Assembly (NCBI RefSeq): GCF_009914755.1
Contig: NC_060929.1
Source: the human T2T-CHM13v2.0 reference genome, Homo sapiens
Strand: one strand, 5' to 3'
Length of the DNA: 64,000 nucleotides
Under the pieces are notes generated by a model. That model was given only the letters and a program-made list of their open reading frames with translations, did no database searches and was not told the origin of the DNA. Within the stretch, counting starts at the first letter, position 1; each line of letters opens with the position of its first letter. Position numbers and translations under genes: made by a program. This document shows positions 40,801 through 51,715 of this stretch, in pieces.

Positions 40801-42042
40801 GTCTGCCCTGGAGCTGCCTGGAGTTGGGGAGAGGATAATGCAGACACTCTCTTGGTTGCCACACCTGGTTTCAAACTTGGTTGTACCCCAAATCCACTGC
40901 CTCTGAGACCAGTGCAGCACCAGGGCTTGCCCGAGGACTGTAGTCCTTGTGACCTGACTGCCACTGAAATTCGTTCCAGGCCCCAGGCCACTTTGGTCAG
41001 CCAGTGGTGAAGCTGGCTAGGACTCAGGTTCTTGCTGCTGGGGTGAATTCCCCTTTGGCCCAGGGCTGATCTAAATGTTTCTTCTGTGGGCACTAGCAGA
41101 ATTCTGCCCCATGTCTTGTTACTCTGTGTCAGGGCAACAGTTCCAATGCAAAGTTCCATACTCACTTTGCTGTCACTCTCCTAAGCACACAGATGCTCCA
41201 CACTGCTCCACCTGTGGTTAGGGGAGGGGTGGTATAGGAAATGACTGTCTTTCCTACCCTCTTCAATGCCTCTTTCCTTGGTATTACATTCAAACCAGGT
41301 ACTGTAATTGCTTACCTGATTTCTTGGTTCTTAAGGTGCTTTCTTGCGTGGATAGATGTTCAATTTGTTGTTCCTGTGTGGAGACAATCACTGGTGGGTT
41401 CTGTTTGGCCACCTTGCAGAGAAAGTCCTGTAAATAAAAGTCTTAATGCCATGTGTATGGCTAGAAAACATACTAACATGATTTAAAATATGTGTAGTAT
41501 CAAGTAAGTAGAATTTTTTCGTTTGTCATAGGGTAACAAAATTTTGAGTACTGAAGAAATGTTTTATAAGGACAATTATTTTTCTTTATTGGATGCCTAG
41601 GATGGTCCGAACATGGGGAACCATGAATAGTTTTTAGTTAAACAAAATCAGTGGTCATTCGTTCACTTATTCCTTCACATTAATAAACATTTATTGAAGG
41701 TGGCTTACATAGAGCTGAGAAACAGTGGTAAACAGCCCATTGATTAAGGTGAGAAATAATAAAGGCTTGAATGATAATAAGGATGGAGGAGATAAGACAA
41801 AGTGGTAGGCTTTGTGAGCTATCTAGGAAGAAGAGTGAGCATAGAATACATTCCAGACTAACAAAGTCACCAACCCTGATCTCCTCCAATGCCAGAAATA
41901 CATATCTATGTCCCCTAGTTATTTCTAAGGCCAAAATATTGCTCCATGTGTGCGTAAGAAGAGGTTTGTTGGATTTTGCTCTGGCTTACTTATTGTGCTA
42001 CCACATTGCACCCCCTGTAATTGGAATCCCTTGGGAAGTCAC

Positions 42043-42193
42043 TATTCCACCAGGTGCAGAGGTTGTTATCCACCATTCACAGCTACCATCACTTTTCTCA
42101 TGTAGGTTTCACACTTGGTTGCACCCCAAATAGGAAGAGAAAGGTGATGGTAGCTGTGAACACTGGCAAACAACCTCTGTACCCAGTGGAATA
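42043..42193. repeat. Imperfect inverted repeat, 57-bp arms with 37-nt spacer (unassigned)
   Basis: 42043-42099 versus 42137-42193: 48 of 57 positions reverse-complementary, including a perfect 17-bp run ttcacagctaccatcac/gtgatggtagctgtgaa. Confidence 0.85.
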
Positions 42194-43786
42194 CTGTTGG
42201 GCAAAGAGATATTCTTTGTCCAGAGTACGGGCACAGGTACCTCTGTAATACCCCATGATGCAAAGAGTTTCCAGTAAAATGTTAATGCATAGAATGAGGC
42301 ACAAGAAAAATTCCAATTGTATTGGCTCTTCTTGCTTCCCACTTTCACAGGTGTACTCCCAGAGGTAGACATTAAAGCTCAAAAAAGTATATTTGATTAC
42401 TAAGAAATATATTAATGTAAGGAGGGTTATATTTTAAAATATATTAGTATTTTCTCCTCTTTTGCAATTCTATATACATGAGCTTGTCTCTGCTTAGCTT
42501 GAAGCATCCATTTGACTTGGGGAGTAGGGTTAGAATTCTTACATTAGAAATACAAGAGAGAAGAAGATTCAATATTCAGTTTCTAATACTTATGAAGAGA
42601 TACTTGAAGTCAAAGCAAAGTGACAGGAATCTCTGAGACAGATAGAAACTTTCCAAATTCCTTTACCTATCTCAAGAATATATCAAGAAGCAGGCCTGGA
42701 AGATAAGACTGTAGAAAATTGTATGCCTAACATAGGGCAAAAGTAGAGAAAGTGAATGCCCCAAACCTGCTTCTCTGGTTCCCATGGGTTGGTTGCTGAA
42801 TAGGGGAGACAGAAAGGGGAGATGTGGGGAGCAGGAGTTATAATCTGATCTGTACTCTCTGAGTCTTTCCCTGGCCTGGGGATATCATGTTAAATAGGCA
42901 CAGGGAATGCTTGTTCCTTGATCCGGGCAGTAGAAGAATGTGTTCCAAAGCCTTCTGAACCAATTTGGGAATTGACAACATCAAAGTAAACTCAGGGGGC
43001 CAGCATGGTTAGGAAAGAGCCAGAGTTTATTTTCTGAGCAATTCTGAGTTCTCAGAAGAGATATGGAAGCTGGTTGAGCTGAAAGTCAGTGGGCCCTGGC
43101 CTGTGATGGCAAAGGATGAGGTGCCCCAGCAGCAGAAACCATGGGGTCCAGAAACTATACTGGTCAGGAATCTGGTAGAGCACAAAGAAGAGACTCAGAG
43201 TTCCACATGCTTTTAAAAATGGGATTGAGGACACACTGACCAGGGAGCCATTTCCACTGTTTCCTGGAAGAATTACTTCAGCTTTCCCTTGGGCCTCAGC
43301 TTGCTTTGCCATGGTCCCTACCTGAAAGGGACAGGGTTTAGGAATTAGTGGAGAGACCATGTTGCATAGGTAGGAAACATCTTTAAATTATAGCAACATT
43401 ATTGGAAATGTTATCTACAACGCCTGTATAGTCATGTCCCTCTGTGTAGCCTGGCTATGTGCCACATTGTGAGGTTCTCTCCCTCTAGCTACTTCTTCCA
43501 GTTTCCTCTTTCAGGATCCCAATTCCTTTCTCAAAGCACTGGTGAATAACTCCAAATACTCCATCATTTCATTATACAGAGTAATATAAGTCTTCTTTTT
43601 CTAAACCTCTCCCATCTGGATAGTGGACCTCATATTTCAGATGCTAATAGGCTGTTGAGGTAGTTTCCTAAGCAAAAAAGTAATTGTCTCTCTCAGAGGA
43701 ATGCTTTAGTGCTTTTTAGCCAAGTGATTCCAATCATAGCCACAGTTTACAACATTTGTATCTTTATCTGTATCCTTATTTATACC

Positions 43787-43789
<3 letters not shown>

Positions 43790-43837
<48 letters not shown>
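43790..43837. repeat. D5S818: Forensic CODIS STR D5S818, (ATCT)12 = [AGAT]12
   Basis: Flanked by recognised primer sites agccacagtttacaacatttgtatct (43738-43763) and ggataccaaagaggaaaatcacc (43854-43876); amplicon 139 bp. Confidence 0.96.
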
Positions 43838-43838
<1 letters not shown>

Positions 43839-46526
43839 CAAAATATTACGTAAGGATACCAAAGAGGAAAATCACCCTTGTCACATACTTGCTATTAAAA
43901 TATACTTTTATTAGTACAGATTATCTGGGACACCACTTTAATTAGAAGCTTTAAAAGCATATGCATGTCTCAGTATTTAATTTTAAAATTATTACATAAT
44001 TATATACTCCTTTGAATTAGAAAATTACAAATGTGGCTATGTATTATTTTCTCCCATGTATTTTCAAAATGAGGGGGTAAGCCAGACCCTCTCCCTCTCC
44101 CATGCCTAATAGCTCAAAGTTAAAGGTAAAGAAACAAGAAAATATGGTGAAAGTTAACCAGCTTCACTTCAGAGGAAAGGCGTGTTGTGTAGTTCAAAGT
44201 TAGAAAATTCCCTGTTGTCAATAAGTATTCAAACACAATTTTGAAACTGCAGGATTACTTTAGGGAAGTTGCATATAGAAATTGCCTAGAGAAGAGAGAC
44301 ATGTTAGATGGAAAAAGTTGTCTTAGGTCACAGTGAATATTGTTTTATGGCAAAAATTATATTTTCCTTCTTGCAGAGTTTTTCAGTAACAGAAGATGAG
44401 GATTTAGAGGGCTAGAATTCCAGCTTCCCTTAAGTTTAGTCTTCTCGTTCCGCACAAAAGTGCTTTTTATTTGATAAAGCGATGAGAAAAATAAGCTCAG
44501 GTGAATATGCTCAAATAAATGGCTATTTTTGTGGAAGGAAAGTTCAGTTTGACATGCTCCTGAATGAATGATGTTTTTAAAGACAACCAACCTACAGTCT
44601 TATAAACAATGAAAATCATACTGTATATAAATGAACAATATTTACATTTTACAGATCTAAGAAGCAACTTACACAGTATTGTGCAGCTTCCCTTATTTAT
44701 TCAAAAACTGAGGCTTCTATTTCAACTCAATTGCTTGGCATTTGGAATTGAGTGAATGCAGCGTGAGAAATCTCAATGAGCAGACTGATGTTACTAAATG
44801 AGATAAACAATTTCATTGAAAGAGTATCAAAGAAGACTCTGGCACTGGATGTTACTGAAGTCCATCATTTTTTAAAAAAACTTTATATTGATAACTAATT
44901 TTAAAGAGACATGTCTTTGGTCATTTTTTTAGACTTTAACAAAATTAGTTGTTCACATGGATAGGAGTTACAGAGATATATTGATGAATTGGGTGTGTTC
45001 TAAGGTTTTTTTGAACTACTACTAGCTAAGATTTTTAGTTTTTGATCATTGTGTTGTTATTTTAGACTTAGTATGGGTCTAGCACTCTTTATTTTCTGGG
45101 TTTGACTAATTTTATTGTCAGAGCCTGGGAACATGAAGAGGAATGCCAGAGAAGTGGTACACTGTAAGCCATGTGTGTGTGTCTATTCATCAACTACCTG
45201 ACTCACTCCCCAGCCATGCCTCTCACAAGAGGAATTTAAAGTTACTACAGTCAGTACTAAAGATAAAGTTGGGATAGCAGATGCTTTGGTAGCTGCATGT
45301 CTAAATAATAGTAATTATTTTGCTTCTAGCATTCTCTAATGTTGTTTGGTTTTGAGAGCTAATGGCATTTCTATTTTTTTCCACAGTAAATAACAGTTTC
45401 ACTAAATCATTAGGGTTGGGTCCAATAGTTACAAGAGTATTGACTTCTATGTAAACCAGCAGAAAAGGCTTATAGATCACATCGCATGTTTGATAGTTTA
45501 CTGGAGTTTTTCTGACGGCCACCTTACTTACAGTCAGACAGCATAAAGATTGGAGATACGGAGTTGGTCGTGGGTTGAAAGAATACCTGGAGAGAAAAAG
45601 AGCTATGAGAAATGTTTTACATTCTGTCACACTAAAACAAGAAGTTGGGTCATATTCACAATTCTAAATTGTGACAGAAATATAATATGGCTTAAGCAAC
45701 TAGTTGGGGACTTATGTTCTGAGATTATATGATTTAGTAGCTATACATTGGGTTTCATTACACACGATGTACTTTGAAAAGTCAGCCAATAAAAAGAAAA
45801 AATAGGATAACTTACATTTTTGTCTATGGTTTCTATTTCATTATGCCTAGTAACTTTAAGAATACAGAAGCACACGTGTTAAAATGAAGAAATTAATATT
45901 ATGGAGAACGCTGAAATAGTTGTACTATTTTGGAAAATCAAGTTCAGAGTATCAACTGCGGAAATTCAATAAAACTTTTGGCCTTCAATATAAGATAGAC
46001 CATAAATCAATGAAGTTTAAATAGTTCTGCTCTCTTGAACACCTGCTTATCTGTCTTGAGAAAATTCTGTAGTGTTTTAACCATCATTTTATAACATTAA
46101 AAAGTAATGCTTACTATTGCAGTACTTGGAAAGGCCATTAAAGTTAAGGGTCTGTCAGCCATTCCATTATAAACCCTGATTTCCAGGAGTTTAATATAAC
46201 CTAGACATTGCATGTAATAAACCCTAATGCAGGAATCTGAGACTTGGATCATTATTTTCTCTATTTAAAGACCAATTCCCCGACAAAGACTCTATTTAGC
46301 CATGGCAAGTACTTTTTGGATAAGTTGCAATTTTAAAAATTTACCAAATGCTATCTTTTTCCTTTCTGTAATATTTTATCTCTAATTTAAGATAAGCCCG
46401 CACAAAGGAATGCTGTGTGTAAAATGGCTTTTGAATAAAGTTAATCTATGTATTCAGAAAGGAGTCCCCCACCAGAATTTCTTGCTGCTTCTCATAGTGA
46501 AGCACCTGTGGGCCCATAAATATGGC

Positions 46527-46791
46527 ATATTAGTTTTCTATTTTGCTGTAACAAATTGCTACAAACTTAGTGGCTTATAATACCATAAATTTATTCTCTT
46601 AAAGTTCTGGAGGACAGAAATCTGAAATTAGTTACACTGGGCTAAAGTCAAGGTGTCAGCAGGGCTGAATCCTTCTGAATCCTTCTGACAGAGAATGTTT
46701 CTTTGTCTTTCTGAGCTTCCTCTAAAGCAGCTGAGGGTGAGGTCCCTTCTTCCATTTTTAATGTGTATCACTCCAATATCTGCTTCCGTCA
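46527..46791 (-). mobile_element. MLT1-family (MaLR) LTR fragment
   Basis: tattagttttctattttgctgtaacaaattgctacaaacttagtggcttata...gggctaaagtcaaggtgtcagcagggctg. Confidence 0.8.
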
Positions 46792-46821
46792 GAGGGTACT
46801 GGAGCAATCAGTATTTCTTAA

Positions 46822-47659
46822 TGAAATGGGAGAGTTTCCAGATTCCCCTCACAGAATGTGCAACAGGGATGTCGCTCGACTGTTTGGTCGCCCCACAGCT
46901 CAAACCCCTTACAGGACCGGGAGCAGGCAGATGGACAGGTGCAGGAACCGAGGTTAATGCTTCTGGGCTCTGTCCCCATGGCAGTGCCTAGGGGTGGGTG
47001 TCTGCAACTCCTGAAGCCCAAGTGGGCGTGTGTTACTATGTGTTCTTTTAGCTTTGCTGTCTGCAGACAGCTTGTGTGTTCATCAGCCTAATGGACCGTC
47101 TGCTTTATCGCAATGGCAGGGGGCCATTGTGACAGCCTTCTGTATCCCAAGCTCTTGCCCAGTATCCTGAAAGAACTGGATCCAATGTGGGCTCAAAGGA
47201 TGAGTGCAAGGTTTTATTGAGTGGTGGAGGTGGCTCTCAGCGAGATGGATGGGGAGCTGCAAAAGGGGATGGAGTGGGAAAGTGGTCTTCCCCTGGAGTT
47301 GGGCTACCCAGTGCTGGACTCTTCTCTGACTGCCCCAGCCAAACTCCCCTCGGCATCCATACATCCCTCCTCTTCTTTCTCTGCCGCATTTTTCTGCCAT
47401 CACTGGTCTGCTGATGTGCCGGTCCACTGGTCTGCTTGCCTTCTCATCTCCTTGCTTGCAGGTCTTATCTGGAGTTTAGGGTTTGGGGTTTATATGGGGG
47501 TAGAATTGGGGGTGTGGTGGGCCAAAAGGCAACTTTTCGGGCACAAAAACAGAAATGTCTGTCCTCATTTAGGGCCGTGGGTCTTCAAAGGCTTGAGGGT
47601 TGGGCCTTTGCTGACAAACCACCCTCTTGTCAGTATTTTCCTGTCTCCTGTCCATATCA
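46822..47659 (-). mobile_element. LTR1-family (ERV1/HUERS-P2) solo LTR
   Basis: Minus strand starts tgatatggacaggagacaggaaaatactg and ends ...ctctcccatttca; minus-strand TATA (catataaacccc ~47490) and AATAAA (~47213); 4-bp TSD ttaa/ttat. Confidence 0.85.
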
Positions 47660-48648
47660 TTATGTACATAGTGTGAACAATATTTTTAATTTTCTAGGAT
47701 ATGAATTGTTAGGTGGTTCCAAGTTCCCAAGTGGTGATGCTTGGATAGGATAAGAAGGAAATTTCAGAAGTTGGCATTTTGCTGGCTCTCAAGAGCTTTA
47801 TATATGCCTCAAACTTGGGTATGGACTTTGATTTTCTTCAGTATTGTGAATTAATCACAAGAAAAGTCCTCAGAGTGACTTTATATTTTGAAATTAAGTT
47901 GAGCTTGAGATACATCTTCTGGTAAATCTGAGTCTCAAATATCTGAGCTGCACATAAAAATGAGTGCTTTAGACCTGCCCAGAACTTGGGAGAAAGGAGT
48001 ATGTTTTGGAGGAATGAAGAGGAAGAAAAATGTGGAGAAGTAGTTTTGTTTCTTGTTCACTGATGATCTCTGCTGTTAGACAGGCTAATATGTGATGCTC
48101 GGAAGCCTCACCGGATGGCATCACCGTGTACTCCTCCAAAAGCAAGACACTTTCTTTGTCATGGGTGCTGGGTGTCTTGTGGTTATTAGATTTGTGGTGG
48201 GAGGTCTGTGGAGATAAGAGTTCCTTGATGAATTGTATTCCTTTCTCTTTGTCTGTTACAGGATATATGTTTCTAAAGAAATCATGTTGTAAATAATATT
48301 TTTGAAAAGAAGCTTAGGATCCCATATTAGCTTGCCAACACAGCTTTATTAATCCCTGATGGAGCCAATATATTTGTTTTAGGGAATGAAGTATAAGAAG
48401 TGTAAGAACAGAAGAAAAAGAAATGGTAACAGGCAAGTTGACCAATTCGAAAGAGAAGTGTGTATTAAATTAAATTCTACTTCATGATGATTTAAATAAG
48501 ATTTTATTTCTTTTTTTTAAAGATACTGAGAAAGTAACTATTCTATAGGCCCTTGTTTCTCTGAGTATTTTCTGAGTGATGTATAATCAATCAAAGAAGA
48601 AGCTTTTTGAGGGCCACCTGGTAGAAATGAGATATCCTTATGTCCTTG

Positions 48649-49308
48649 TGTCAGGAGTCTCAAGACCATTCCTAGGCTCAGTGCTTCACCAGAAGGACTC
48701 ACAGGTCTCAGGCTGTTGTACTCACAGTTGTGGTTTATAACAGTGAAAGGATACAGATCAAAATCAGCAAAGGGAAAAAGCACATGGGTAAAGTCCAGAA
48801 GAAAGCAAGCACTAGGTTCTTGGTGTCCCTTCCCAGTAGAATCACATGGAGATTTCTCCCAGAAATGATGAATGATGACATGTGTAAATTATTGCAAACC
48901 AGAGAAGCTCACCTGAACCTTACTGTCCAGGTATTTTACTGGGGGTCAGTCACATATGCAAGCAGCACCTGTGTGATTAATCTGAACCACTCAGTCTCCT
49001 GTCCTACAATAGTCAAACCTATACATGTGTCTTAGGGCCTCAGTCGTATGAAAACACACATTCACCACATGTCACATTTTAGCAGAAACTATTTGGTCAA
49101 ACTGATACAGCCTTGGATATGTCCAAGGCCTCAGGCATATAAAAACACTCTATTAGGCAGGATGTTCCAAAGGTTCAGAGGTCATGTTTAGGAGCTGGTC
49201 AAGGGCCAGCCCTCTTGAAGTCAGGTCTTTATTTGGGATGTGCAGGGCTTGAGCAATGTGGGTGGGCCTGCAGAGTTGTTTACTGTTGAGTCCCCTTGAT
49301 GTTGTACA
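48649..49308 (-). mobile_element. MER21-family LTR
   Basis: tgtcaggagtctcaagacca...gaaggactcacagg...acagtgaaaggatacagatcaaaatcagcaaagggaaaaag. Confidence 0.8.
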
Positions 49309-49630
49309 ATTTAACTGAGGCAGCAAAAACAATGATATTTATGGCATAGAACCTTTTCTAAAGCCATCCTATTGGGATGGTCAAAAGGGAGTATAAGTAA
49401 AGCTGTAATTATGGTTTTTCAAATACTGAAAATGGATGATCTCTTGTGTTAGATTTGCCTTGATGTCAGAGCTGAGAGAATGGATTCCATTACAGAGGAA
49501 GCACAGATTTTGATTGGCATGTTTCTCACTCCTATATTCTACATGCTCAAAGTGGATAAACATGTGATAAGACATCCCCAAACATTCCTTAAACCAAAAA
49601 TACCTTCACTAATTTTGCTACTTTTTAGGC

Positions 49631-50036
49631 CAGTGGTTCTGTCTTGATTGTATGTTATAACCACTTGAGAGATTTCTAAAATATCAATAGCTAGGACACA
49701 TCTTTAGAAATTCTGACTTAACTTCCCAGGATATAACTTGAGAACTGATATTTAAAATTTTTTCTTAGATTATTTTTAATGTACAGAGGCTGAAGACCAT
49801 GCAATTGATCAGAAGGGGATAGAATTAGGGGAATTCTGGTCTTCACTAAGCCAGTGGTTCTCCACTCTCCCTGGATGTTAGATTCACCTGGGGAAGGGGT
49901 TTGACTTGTAAAAAGATGGATTCCTATGCTCTCCTACCAGAGATTCTTGTCTAGTTGGTCTAGATGAATCCTGGGCATTGTAAATTCTAATATACAGTCA
50001 GAGGTGAGACTGACTGGTCTAAACAATTCATGTTCT
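49631..50036. mobile_element. Two tandem MER5-family (hAT-Charlie) MITEs (~49631-49801 and ~49853-50036)
   Basis: Each starts cagtggttct and contains agaaattctgactt / agagattcttgtct and taat(g/a)tacag motifs. Confidence 0.6.
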
Positions 50037-50138
50037 TGTGGTCTCTCTATTGTGCTCACTTGAACACCATATTATCTAATTAAGTTATAAGAAGTAGGTT
50101 ACCATCTTTAGGAATCTCAGGGAGCAAGCAATGCACAC

Positions 50139-50519
50139 TGATATGGTTTGGCTCTGTGTCCCCACCCATATCTCATGTCAAACTGTAATCTTGAGTGTTG
50201 GAGATGGGGCCTGGTGGGAGATGACTGGATCAGGGGAAGACTTCCCTTTTGCTCTTCTTGTGATAGTGAGTGAGTTCTCATGAGATCTGGTTGTTTAAAA
50301 GTGTGTAGCACCTCCCGCTTCTCTCTCTTCCTTTTTCTCAGCCCATGTAAGACATGCCTTCTTCCTCTTCACCTTCTGCCATGATTGTAAGTTTCCTGCG
50401 ACCTCCCTAGCCATGCTTCCTGTATAGCCACGGAATTGTGAGTCAATTAAACCTCTTTTCTTTATAAATTACCCAGTGTTAGGTATGTCTTTATTGCAGT
50501 GTGAGAACAAACTAATACA
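50139..50519 (+). mobile_element. MSTA/THE1D-type MaLR solo LTR
   Basis: tgatatggtttggctctgtgtccccaccc...gagatctggttgtttaaaagtgtgtagcacc...actaataca; 5-bp TSD cacac/tacac. Confidence 0.88.
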
Positions 50520-50549
50520 TACACATTGAATACACACGGTCTCTGTAGG

Positions 50550-51715
50550 TGATATTTCAGCTGCGATATGAAAGATAAGATGAAGCCAGTTATAGAAAGA
50601 TTTAGGAGAAGGGCATACCATACAGAAGAAATGGCAGGTGCAAAGGTGAGAGATTGTTACTTTATGAATGGAAAGGAGGACATATGGTTAGAAGTGTGGC
50701 AAGCGAGAGAAAGAAGTGGTACAAGTTGAAATTGGAAAGGAAATCAGGAGCTCCATCATGCAGGCCCCTGTTATTTTAAGTTATTTTAAGGAGTTCAGAA
50801 TTTATTCTTAGGTTAATGGGAAGTATTGAAAGGTTTAGGGCTTGTAGTAACATAATTTGCATTGTAAAAAATCTTTCTGTCTACAAGGTGGGGAGCAGAT
50901 AAGGGTCAAGAGTGAAAGGAGAAAGACAAGTTAGAGCCATGGTAATGGTCTGAGCAGGAAGAAAGAAAGTTTGGACCCGATGGGGACAGTTGGGGTGGAA
51001 GGAAAGGAACCAATTCAAGATAGATTCTGGAAATAGAAATGACAGAACTGAAAGATATAATGACCATGGGGGGTCTATCCAATGGGAAGAATTAAGGATG
51101 TTGAAGCAGTTTTAGGCATTATGATGCCATTTGCTGAACTGGAGAAAACTGGGGGATGATAGAGTTGGGGCAAAGGAATCAAGAGTTTTTAACATGTTAA
51201 AATTAAGACACCTACCAGATATCCAAGAAGAAATGTAAAGTTTGCAGTTGCACATAAGTATATCTGGAGGGGAAAGGTTTGGACTGAAGATAAAATTTGG
51301 GCATTATTAGCATACTGGTGACATTTAAGATATTGAACTGAATGATACTTGCTGGGGAGAATGTAGCCAGGAAAGGTTGGATATAATGGAGACACAGTGG
51401 TGATCATTGGTTTTAGCAACTAGACCAGTGTGGGTGAGTGAATAGGAGGTGAGGTTAGATAGCATCATGCTTAGAAAAGCTTTTGAAAATTGACTCTGAA
51501 GGGAAATAGAAAAATGGAGCAGTTGGTTGCCAGAGGGCCAGTTGGAGTCAAGGGAGGATTTTTGAAAGGAGGAGACACAGGAACATGTTTGATGGAAATG
51601 ATCCTGTGTAAGGTGTGAGAGTTAACCATATGGGAGGAAAGCTGGAGAAAATTCCTTGGGAAGGTGAAAGGGGAGGGGTCCCAGGGCACAAGTGGAAGGG
51701 CTGGGTTTTGACAGG
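50550..51715 (-). mobile_element. L2 fragment
   Basis: Purine-rich antisense L2 (gatgccatttgctgaactggagaaaactgg; aacatgttaaaattaagacacctaccagatatccaag). ORF 51189-51419(-) contains a decayed RT motif HQYANNAQI. Confidence 0.75.

Noticed and set aside
38289-41165. Dense ORFs on both strands
   Set aside because: Fall in the GC-richer 5'UTR/ORF1 regions of the two L1 elements; no intact ORF1 is recognisable.
47083-47753. Cluster of 100-150-aa ORFs
   Set aside because: Arises from the GC-rich LTR1 sequence, where stop codons are rare.
48241-48262. Strong-looking splice acceptor ctttctctttgtctgttacag|g
   Set aside because: No convincing paired donor or reading frame; such motifs are frequent by chance in T-rich DNA.
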